Below the pieces are notes generated by a model. The model ran no database searches, was not told the DNA's origin, and was given only the letters and a program-made list of their open reading frames with translations. Position numbers and translations under genes: made by a program. From positions 64,001 through 128,000 of IMG/VR virus record IMGVR_UViG_3300032163_000002: DNA of 64,000 bases, one strand, 5' to 3'. Source of the DNA: a virus. Below, one piece after another: positions 56,397-64,000 of the stretch. The first letter of the stretch is position 1. Each line of letters opens with the position of its first letter.

Positions 56397-58193
56397 TCAC
56401 GGCAAAGTCAAGCAAGGATTCGGCAGTGGATCAGGAACGGGTGAATCAATATTAGCAGTCGTTGTGATTCTAACGTGCTCAATGGCACTACCATCTTTAG
56501 CATCTCCAAGAATTGCCTTATTAGACTTGTCAAAATCGTTGATACGAATAAGTTTCCAGCGAGACACCGGAATATCCGCATAATCAGGTATCGTTTCTAT
56601 CCACCGATAAACGGTTTGATATATGCCTGTACCTATAATACCTCCATCATTATCATCGCTAGAACCCCCCTGCGAACCAATCGGTTGAAAATTCGTACCC
56701 CCAACAAGAATTATACCTTGTGTATACACAGACTGACTGAGCTTGACCGTCGCCCATGAAACTCCCGGTACACTGGAAATGAGTTTTGCTACGAGCGACT
56801 GCCGAGCATCCTGTCCAAATTCCACGTTGGCGTAAGAGAAATAATCCTGTACTGCCAGCTTTACATCTGCCGCGACAATTTCCGGGTCATACCGCATTCG
56901 ATCCACGGCAACGATAGCCGATATGATGATGTCTACCCATTCTGGCGCGCGAAAAACAAGACGAGTTGTAACCGGCTTTCGTTCTTCCAAGAGTGTTTGT
57001 ACGTTGGATTTAATTGTTGTATAAGCTGTGGAGTCTGATTCGACAAGATTTCCGTTAGTGTCAAGCGCCAAAAATACTACCATGACTCGATTGATAAGCT
57101 TGACGTTTGGATGCTCTTCTTCCTGTTCACCCCACGCATTTGCTTTATCGACACCGTTGATACTACGAGTAAGAGCTATGTAATCATTCTTGGACATTGC
57201 CCGAAAAAGCGCAGACAATAACGCTGGTCCATTCTGTTTCGCATTTTCAATCGTCTCAGGATCTGCGCCTCCCGAAATTGGAAGAATATTCGTAGCAATT
57301 AGCTGTACAGGAATTCCGTTCGCGTCTGTAATAACAGAAGAAACACTGGTAATAGTGCCCGCAGCTAGATTTCCTACGGAGCCTAAAGTGAGAATCGGAT
57401 AAACATAAATATTTTGGCCTAATGCTGGAATTTTCCCGAACTTTCCATCTCCAAATTGCACGTAGACATTTCCTCGTGCATCTTCACTTGACTGAAAAAC
57501 TTGATCATTTGACTCGGAAGTAAGAAACGATGAAACATTGGACCAAGAAAGCGAGGAAGCTTCCGATGAGCCAATCTTGACGATGAGCAGGTTTCGATCA
57601 ATACCTTGTATGCTTAATACGTATCGTTGATTTGCCGTACCATCTGCTGAAAAAACTTCCGGAGCAGTTATTTTTTGCCCTTGAATGACTCCAACTATCA
57701 CAGAACCCGGAGCACCCGGTTCTGACGCTGTTAAGTAAGCATCTTCCGTAGTATAAAAATCCACAGAGTCTACGTTGTCACTACGCCCGGAAAGTTGAGT
57801 TCCAGCCGGAATATAAATTGAATTCGCGTGTCCATTCACAGTTCCATATGTAGGACTACTAGCCGCTGGAGACACGGAGAGTGTAACTTGTCCTTTGGCT
57901 GCACCATACCCCAACAAATCATAATCTATAAGCTTCAACAAATTTTTGACATTAGCTCGTTGTACCGCAGTTGGAAGCTGTGTCTCAGAAAATTTCTTAT
58001 CAAGGTAAAAGAGCAACTGATCTTGCATGGCAATGAGAAGCTCAAGAACCGCAATACCAAGATCAGATTCATTTAGATCCGTCCAACGCCCGACGCTTAA
58101 TACCGGAATTCGCGCAAAAAGTTCATCTCGCAACGAGCGCCAATCTGCATTCGTATAAGAAATTTTAGCAGCAGGAGTAAGTTGTAAAGTCAT
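56397..58193 (-). CDS. baseplate J / T4 gp6-like wedge protein
   Basis: YT.AD..SL, WTD.NESD.G, FGDG.FG.IP, GGADPET, RA...DY. Confidence 0.9.
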   Translation of the reverse strand: MTLQLTPAAKISYTNADWRSLRDELFARIPVLSVGRWTDLNESDLGIAVLELLIAMQDQLLFYLDKKFSETQLPTAVQRANVKNLLKLIDYDLLGYGAAKGQVTLSVSPAASSPTYGTVNGHANSIYIPAGTQLSGRSDNVDSVDFYTTEDAYLTASEPGAPGSVIVGVIQGQKITAPEVFSADGTANQRYVLSIQGIDRNLLIVKIGSSEASSLSWSNVSSFLTSESNDQVFQSSEDARGNVYVQFGDGKFGKIPALGQNIYVYPILTLGSVGNLAAGTITSVSSVITDANGIPVQLIATNILPISGGADPETIENAKQNGPALLSALFRAMSKNDYIALTRSINGVDKANAWGEQEEEHPNVKLINRVMVVFLALDTNGNLVESDSTAYTTIKSNVQTLLEERKPVTTRLVFRAPEWVDIIISAIVAVDRMRYDPEIVAADVKLAVQDYFSYANVEFGQDARQSLVAKLISSVPGVSWATVKLSQSVYTQGIILVGGTNFQPIGSQGGSSDDNDGGIIGTGIYQTVYRWIETIPDYADIPVSRWKLIRINDFDKSNKAILGDAKDGSAIEHVRITTTANIDSPVPDPLPNPCLTLP

Positions 58194-59818
58194 TATGGCC
58201 TACCTTGAATAGGAAGTACCATACCCTTAGTAGAAATTCTATTTGATTCAAAACCTGTCACGCTGCTCGTCATAGACATTCCCTTGATTTCAAAAGGAAA
58301 GACGAAAGATCCCGTTTGGTGTGTCTGTACCACGTAGAAATTGATGACGATTCCAATATACTCAGGACGATTATCGTCCCTCTGGAAATAGACATTTGTG
58401 ATGGTAATACGCCGTTCCCAACGCCGCAAAGACTCGACAGTGTAATAATAAAGAAGTTGATTCGTAAACCCATCACTCGGTTCAAAAACAAGATCATAAA
58501 GCCTTGAATTATGGATGAAAACCCCAGCACTTACAGCATAATTTTCAGTCGTTGAATTTGCCAAGTCAAATACTTCGAGAACCAACCCGGTTTTTTCTAC
58601 AAAAAGAACTTTATGATTATGCCATTTATTTCCCTTCAGTATTTGTGGGGCTAACAAAGCTACTGGAATTCGACGTATCAAGGTCGCGCGACTAATCTTA
58701 AAATGCGAACATACACGCTGCACAACTTCAGTTCTATTCTCAACCCGCAAAGTAGTTGAAAATTTACGAATAACCTCTGCTGATATTGGCTTTTTGCGCA
58801 CTAATCCAAGCGTGCGTGCATAAGCCCGCCCTAAAAGACTGCGCGACCACACCCCACTTTGCCCTACTCTCCTACATACTTCTACACGATGCTCATGTGC
58901 AAGACGCTGTCGCTCTGGACTGTGCCTACGCGCGTACTCTTCAAGCCGTAACATCTCTCGACGTTCCCGCATGATTTTCCAACGCTCTGCCAAAGATGCC
59001 TTCATTTTCGAAATACGCCTCTCTTCCGAATGTGCAGAGCGTCTGTAAGCAGCCAGATTTTTCAAAGCAATAGCTCGCATTTTTTCCCGGTGCTTCGGGT
59101 CTTTCCAAAGTCGTTCCAAAGGCATTCCCGGAGTAAACATATGCTTGATATGCTGAGCATGAAGCTCAATATGTTCTTTTTTCTCCAGCGCCACAAGATT
59201 ATCCGGACTATTGTTTCGCTTACAAAAATCTTTATGATGTACGATATGTCCAACTTTTACGTTTAATACTACCCTGTGGGTAGGACACCATTTGTTCAAG
59301 TGAGAAAGATATGTTTCCTCATATCCTTTTCGATTTATCTTGCGATAAAGAGGCATTAAAGACATTCCAGTAAGAAGATTTTCAGCCGAACAATACATAC
59401 CCCCCCGTAACATGAAGGGGTGTCCAGCCGTCACCAAAATAGATTCCATGTTATCTAGCGTAACACGAAGCACTTCTTGAAATCCACGAGATACGGCACC
59501 GGGAGAGAACGCAGGAACCATTTTACCGTCCCTATTCCCGTAAACCCATACCGGAACACCTACAAGTTCTCTAATTAAACGCTCTGTGCCGTTCAAGAGT
59601 GGGATTTTCGTATCTCCTGACACGCAACCGAATTCTGGTTGCATAATACGTTCACCGGGACGGGTACGTAAAATCGTCTGAATCGAAGAGATAATTTTGT
59701 CAAGCCCGTTGGCCGTTGTGACTGCACGAACTCCTTTTCCCACAGAAAAAGAAAAAGGAGACCGCATTCCGGTTCCAATTACGTCGCGCGAGCCGAGAGG
59801 TACACCAGTAAGTGACAA
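58193..59818 (-). CDS. gp25/gpW-like baseplate protein with intein
   Basis: SI..IL.T.PGERIMQPEFG/SRL..LVFEP...RWERRI; mature protein ~168 aa. Confidence 0.9.
   Translation of the reverse strand: MSLTGVPLGSRDVIGTGMRSPFSFSVGKGVRAVTTANGLDKIISSIQTILRTRPGERIMQPEFGCVSGDTKIPLLNGTERLIRELVGVPVWVYGNRDGKMVPAFSPGAVSRGFQEVLRVTLDNMESILVTAGHPFMLRGGMYCSAENLLTGMSLMPLYRKINRKGYEETYLSHLNKWCPTHRVVLNVKVGHIVHHKDFCKRNNSPDNLVALEKKEHIELHAQHIKHMFTPGMPLERLWKDPKHREKMRAIALKNLAAYRRSAHSEERRISKMKASLAERWKIMRERREMLRLEEYARRHSPERQRLAHEHRVEVCRRVGQSGVWSRSLLGRAYARTLGLVRKKPISAEVIRKFSTTLRVENRTEVVQRVCSHFKISRATLIRRIPVALLAPQILKGNKWHNHKVLFVEKTGLVLEVFDLANSTTENYAVSAGVFIHNSRLYDLVFEPSDGFTNQLLYYYTVESLRRWERRITITNVYFQRDDNRPEYIGIVINFYVVQTHQTGSFVFPFEIKGMSMTSSVTGFESNRISTKGMVLPIQGRP
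58508..59626 (-). mobile_element. intein (373 aa) with HNH endonuclease
   Basis: G/CVSGDTKI ... TAGHPF ... VHHKD..KRNNSPDNL..EH..H ... AGVFIHN/S. Confidence 0.92.
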
Positions 59819-59843
59819 CGAAGTTCTCTCCTACGAAGATAGT

Positions 59844-60101
59844 TCAGATTACTTGCATTTTTGTTGCGCCAGCAATAATAGTTGATCCTTCATCCGTCAT
59901 ACTTCCAACCATACCAACAAATTTTCCTTCAACTTTCGTTTTCGTAGAAAGTGCTGCTACTAAAGTTGCTGTGCCGTGCCCTGTCAAAATTGAACCAAGA
60001 AATGCCACAAAAAGTCCTCCTATCTTAAACTTTGTGGATACATTACTCGTAACTGTACGGCCATCGTCATCAGGAGAAGTAAGAGTGGCGATAGCTGGCA
60101 T
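59844..60101 (-). CDS. PAAR-like spike tip protein
   Basis: MPAIATL...GGLFVAFLGS...EGKFVGMVGS...G..I..G; lies between the spike and gp25 genes. Confidence 0.65.
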   Translation of the reverse strand: MPAIATLTSPDDDGRTVTSNVSTKFKIGGLFVAFLGSILTGHGTATLVAALSTKTKVEGKFVGMVGSMTDEGSTIIAGATKMQVI

Positions 60102-60105
60102 TTTC

Positions 60106-62364
60106 TTAATTCCAATTATACAAAGAAGCAGTACCCGAAAGCGTTCCGGCAACCGAAATTGCCATTGCCGCAGATTGTTCCGTAAGAGTTCCAGAAACGT
60201 CAAGAAGCATTGTCGCAGCATATTCCGAAAGAGACGTAATGGCCGTAATGGAAATAGCAGACCCATCAAATACCATCACGTCGCCCCACATATCACGAAT
60301 TTTGATGGAGGAAAGAGTAACTTCGACATAAGTAACACCCGGCACAGGCTCCCCTGCTCCAATACTGAGAACCGCACCTGCTCCAGCAACCGTAGCCGAT
60401 CCTCCAAAAAGCCCTAAATAACCAGCCGCAAGTGCGAGAGCCCCCAACGAAATTCCTGCGGAAACAACAACTCCTCCACTTATAAATGATGAAGCCATCA
60501 CTCCAAGGGCTCCAACGGTCGCTCCACTACTTTGTGTGAAAACCCCACTGACTACGGAATTCCATTCTTCATAAATCGTATCCGTAACCGTGACATCGCC
60601 TCCGAAAATATCTGCTACACTTCGAATATGACTCATCGTAGCAATCATCGCGGAAGGTCCAGAATAAGTCGTTCCCCGCGATACTACGAAAGTATCCTGA
60701 ACATCAAGCCCTACGGCAGCTCCTATGATTGCACAGCGATCAAACCTGAGTCGGGTCTGCTTCACCCCTGCTCCTGCCGAAGAAACCCCATTCACCACTC
60801 CGGAAATAACCGGGCACAAAACCGCATCCACATCAGTCTGCGTAAGATTCAACCCGTCTCCAGCTAATCCACTGATTGATTGAACCTTCCTGAGCTTGAT
60901 TAGAGATTCGGTCGCTTTGATGCCGTCTCCGGCCAACCCGGAGATCGAATCCTGCCCTACCACGTTAACCGTAGAGCCCGCACCTGCCACGATACCGTCT
61001 CCGGCCTGCCCTGTGATGGCCGTACCCTTAGAGGCCGTAATTTGACAGTCTGAACCCGCGTTTACACCATCCCCAGCCATTCCGGTAACTGCCTGACACT
61101 GTGACAGGATGAGCCGGGCTGCTGCCCCCATCTTGACCCCGTCTCCTGCCATTCCAGTAACTGCTGCCGCTCCCTGTAAGGAAGCATAAGAATCATCTCC
61201 AAGCGTAACCCCGTCCCCACCCTCTCCTGTAATGTTCTCAACAAAAAAGGTAGCGAGACGAGAACCTTCAATAATTTTTGCGCCGGAACCCGCTAGTCCA
61301 TTGACCTTCGCAACTTCATAAAGTTGGAGAAGAGATTTATTTGCGGCGTAAACTCCATCCAAACCCATCCCCTCAATGGTAATAACGTCGTTTACATAAA
61401 GCTCAGAAGTCTCATCAAGATGAATTCCATGCCGACCAGTTCCTATAAGTGATTGCACACTGACAACATGACCGTGGCCGCCATTTTCAAGCTGAATAGC
61501 GTCCTTCGCGTCACTCTTAATAAGTTGCCCACCAAGCATAAAAATCGAATTCAGATTTGCACCACGAATAGCAGAATTTCCTTGACCACGAATTATTTTG
61601 AACGTACGAACTTCCGCCCCAGCATGATTATCAAGGAAAATTGCAGAGTCAGAGTTTCCGATAATTTGATCGCATTTGTTACAGAGCACAAAACCGTGTG
61701 TATCTCCGAAAATGGCCTGTATCTGTCCTTGAATCAGCGCACAGTTCAACCCTTCGATTCGGGCGTAATTTTCAGCATGAGCAGCATAAGTAGCTACGCC
61801 TTCAATTACAGCACACTCGATAGCCTGAATTACGGAACGATCAAGTGCCCATAATGCTTTCACACCTTTGATTGAAGGACATTTTGAAAGAAGCACAAAA
61901 GAAGCACCGTCAGCTTTGATTGCTGCCGTCCCATGAGCCGAATAACTACAACGAGTAATTCGCCCCTGCGAACCGCTAGAAAAATCACATCCAATATCAC
62001 TTGCGGAAAAAATAGAATTATCCGCGCGAAGATAAGAGCGTGCTTTTAATTGCCACTTGCTCGTCGAAGTGATATTGTAAAGATCCGCTTTTGAACCAGT
62101 AAGCGCAACATTACCACTACCAAAACCCGTACCTCGTGACATGAGAAGCGAATCGCTTCCCACAATACTTTCGCATTTTCCACCTTCAATGAATATATTG
62201 TTGTTTCCCTGCAATATCAAATTTCCGATGATACACGAATAAAAACGAACGTGTACATCCTTCGGAACGACAGCATCACCTTTTTCACCAATTACTGTAA
62301 ACGAGTGAAGATATCGCCCTTTTTCAGTCTTGTAATTAAAGTCTATTACTGATTGGATAGACAC
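60106..62364 (-). CDS. parallel beta-helix (pectin-lyase-like) protein with gp5-like C-terminal beta-repeat
   Basis: ~23-aa repeats (I/V)xGxAGDG(V/I); C-terminus IKIRD..G..MVFDG.AISITA...YNWN. Confidence 0.7.
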   Translation of the reverse strand: MSIQSVIDFNYKTEKGRYLHSFTVIGEKGDAVVPKDVHVRFYSCIIGNLILQGNNNIFIEGGKCESIVGSDSLLMSRGTGFGSGNVALTGSKADLYNITSTSKWQLKARSYLRADNSIFSASDIGCDFSSGSQGRITRCSYSAHGTAAIKADGASFVLLSKCPSIKGVKALWALDRSVIQAIECAVIEGVATYAAHAENYARIEGLNCALIQGQIQAIFGDTHGFVLCNKCDQIIGNSDSAIFLDNHAGAEVRTFKIIRGQGNSAIRGANLNSIFMLGGQLIKSDAKDAIQLENGGHGHVVSVQSLIGTGRHGIHLDETSELYVNDVITIEGMGLDGVYAANKSLLQLYEVAKVNGLAGSGAKIIEGSRLATFFVENITGEGGDGVTLGDDSYASLQGAAAVTGMAGDGVKMGAAARLILSQCQAVTGMAGDGVNAGSDCQITASKGTAITGQAGDGIVAGAGSTVNVVGQDSISGLAGDGIKATESLIKLRKVQSISGLAGDGLNLTQTDVDAVLCPVISGVVNGVSSAGAGVKQTRLRFDRCAIIGAAVGLDVQDTFVVSRGTTYSGPSAMIATMSHIRSVADIFGGDVTVTDTIYEEWNSVVSGVFTQSSGATVGALGVMASSFISGGVVVSAGISLGALALAAGYLGLFGGSATVAGAGAVLSIGAGEPVPGVTYVEVTLSSIKIRDMWGDVMVFDGSAISITAITSLSEYAATMLLDVSGTLTEQSAAMAISVAGTLSGTASLYNWN

Positions 62365-62367
62365 GAA

Positions 62368-62925
62368 TTATTTCCTAGCTAAGAATTCAGAAATAGGATA
62401 CGCCCATTTACTGCAATTACATGGCGGACACGCCACAGTCAGATTACAGACTAAATGTTTTCCTCCTCTAGCAAGAGGAATAATATGATCTACATGCCGC
62501 CATTTCACTGTTGTGGGCTTTCTACAATATGCACACGGAATATGTTCCGCAGTCCTAACCCACCGGTAAAAAGCTACCAACCCGGCCTTTTCTTCTTTAG
62601 GTGCGTTGTGTAAAAGCTTAGCACGAACTCGAAAATACTCCCAACAATAATTCAGGTTTGCTTTGTACCACGCGCGCTTTCGTAAAAGAATTCGCTCTCG
62701 ATGCTTTGCGTAGTGTTCCTTTAAATGTTTAATCCGCCATTTCCGTGAAGCTACCAGAATCTTCGCGCAAAATTCAGGATCATTCCTTTGTTTCTGCGCC
62801 CACAAGCGACTGCGCCTTCGCGTCTCATCAGGAGGCTTCTTATCCCACAGGCGACTTCGCCTCTTAATCTTCGCTTTATGCTTAGCGTAATAGACTTTGA
62901 AATACGCTTTCCGGTCAAAACTCAT
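62368..62925 (-). CDS. HNH homing endonuclease
   Basis: basic helical N-terminus; CAYC..HVDHIIPLARGGKH..NL..ACPPCN.SK. Confidence 0.9.
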   Translation of the reverse strand: MSFDRKAYFKVYYAKHKAKIKRRSRLWDKKPPDETRRRSRLWAQKQRNDPEFCAKILVASRKWRIKHLKEHYAKHRERILLRKRAWYKANLNYCWEYFRVRAKLLHNAPKEEKAGLVAFYRWVRTAEHIPCAYCRKPTTVKWRHVDHIIPLARGGKHLVCNLTVACPPCNCSKWAYPISEFLARK

Positions 62926-63998
62926 TACTTTGTCTCCCCTCCAGACAAATCTCCAATAATCAAGGCGTCTCCCCCAACAAGGAGATCCCCTTCAACGAAG
63001 GCGTCTCCTTTGATCGTTGCCCGCCCGAGAATTTCGAGGGATTGGACATTTATGCGCATGACAACCGGCCCGGTAATTTCGACATATCCAGCCGCCGCGT
63101 CGAGAATGATTCGCGCACCCGCGTCCCCACCAGACGAAGAAGAAAAAATAATCCGCTTTGAGCCTGCATCAAGTTCAACGGACATTTCATCTTTCGCTCC
63201 AGCATAATTAGTGTTGTCTTTTTCAACTGGACGTGAAAGAATTTTGATGCGCTCAGAGCCAACGTGTGCGTGCAAAAGCAAACTCTGCCCTGCCGCATCC
63301 ACGAGGAACATTCGCGTTTCGTTTGCGACAGTATCCTCAAAAGTAACAGGGGGTTCACCTTTCGAAGCCAGCATATGCCCACGCTGACTAACATTTTGAA
63401 GATTTGGTACTTTCTGGACTTCACTTTCCATATGAAGCCCCTGCCCGGCCCGGTCTACGACTGAGATGTTCTCGCGCTCGTCCTTGTCGTCGAAGACGAT
63501 AGCCGCACCCTTTACGCTCTTGGCAGGAACCATGACTTCCGGTGAAGCATGGAGCATCTGAAGAGCTTCGATAGGAACTTCTGGACCCTTCGGCCCGGTC
63601 CATTTGTCCGTGGTTCCAGCCATCGAAATTTCAGCAAGAGGCAGCCCCATCGTACGAAGATACTCTTGTTGCTGTTTGTTGACGGCAAAAAATCCGCCCA
63701 TGTAAATTGGTAATTCCGGATTTCCTGATGCGAACATAACCCATACAGTCGAACCAACCGGAGGGATCATGAATGAACCGTAATCATTTCCTCCAGCAAA
63801 AGGAAAGCATGGCATTGCCCACGGCAAATTTTTCGTCGGCACCTTCGTTGTAATATCTGTACCTTGTGGTCCGTGGATTTGATAAATACGTACTTTTACG
63901 CGCCCCATCTGAAGCGGATCAAGAACATATTCAACAATACCGGGCCAAGCACCATCGAAGCGCGCGGAAGAGTGCTGTGGGCGGGAGCTGAACCCCCC
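62925..63998 (-). CDS. gp5/VgrG-like baseplate hub-spike protein with OB-fold (5' end outside the window)
   Basis: DPLQMGRVKVRI, LPWA.P, PPVGSTVWV.F..GNP..P; frame open to the window edge. Confidence 0.88.
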   Translation of the reverse strand, partial: GGFSSRPQHSSARFDGAWPGIVEYVLDPLQMGRVKVRIYQIHGPQGTDITTKVPTKNLPWAMPCFPFAGGNDYGSFMIPPVGSTVWVMFASGNPELPIYMGGFFAVNKQQQEYLRTMGLPLAEISMAGTTDKWTGPKGPEVPIEALQMLHASPEVMVPAKSVKGAAIVFDDKDERENISVVDRAGQGLHMESEVQKVPNLQNVSQRGHMLASKGEPPVTFEDTVANETRMFLVDAAGQSLLLHAHVGSERIKILSRPVEKDNTNYAGAKDEMSVELDAGSKRIIFSSSSGGDAGARIILDAAAGYVEITGPVVMRINVQSLEILGRATIKGDAFVEGDLLVGGDALIIGDLSGGETK

Positions 63999-64000
63999 AG

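Noticed and set aside
1-64000. Genome-wide TAG-to-Gln reassignment (genetic code 15)
   Set aside because: Long genes contain no internal TAG, and TAG clearly ends recA, 26810 (TAGTG coupling) and 53958; only site-specific or ambiguous readthrough remains possible
1-64000. tRNA/rRNA genes, integrase, reverse transcriptase/DGR
   Set aside because: No cloverleaf with T-loop consensus was seen in the intergenic gaps I inspected and no such protein motifs were recognised; tRNAscan would be needed to be certain

Overview
This window is 64 kb of a large dsDNA myovirus-like bacteriophage with three transcriptional blocks. (1) Positions 1-35.8 kb, minus strand: regulators (Mor-like, sigma-like, a five-AT-hook protein, an alphaCTD-HTH protein), recombination and replication genes (resolvase, SbcCD, RecA, SSB, UvsY-like, UDG-PolA, CobST-like, primase, DnaB, SF2 helicase) and many small early ORFs. 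(2) Positions 35.9-46.6 kb, plus strand: terminase, portal, HU-like and head morphogenesis genes. (3) Positions 46.6-64 kb, minus strand: NHL-repeat tail fibre, baseplate I/J/gp25, PAAR, beta-helix spike and gp5-like genes. Five signals are not explained by the ORF track. First, a family of 7 sigma70-type promoters carries a CTTAC-N4-GTAAG palindrome (candidate operator), and most of them fire directly onto a start codon (leaderless). Second, two otherwise intact genes are each interrupted by a single in-frame TAG in a W-x-*-x-R context, although TAG is an ordinary stop elsewhere. Third, a promoter-and-terminator-bounded ~75-nt small RNA lies on the opposite strand. Fourth, a long hairpin presents tandem anti-Shine-Dalgarno motifs that match the RBS of the AT-hook gene. 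Fifth, there are four inteins, all in virion assembly genes. All annotations come from motif reading by eye; no database searches were run.
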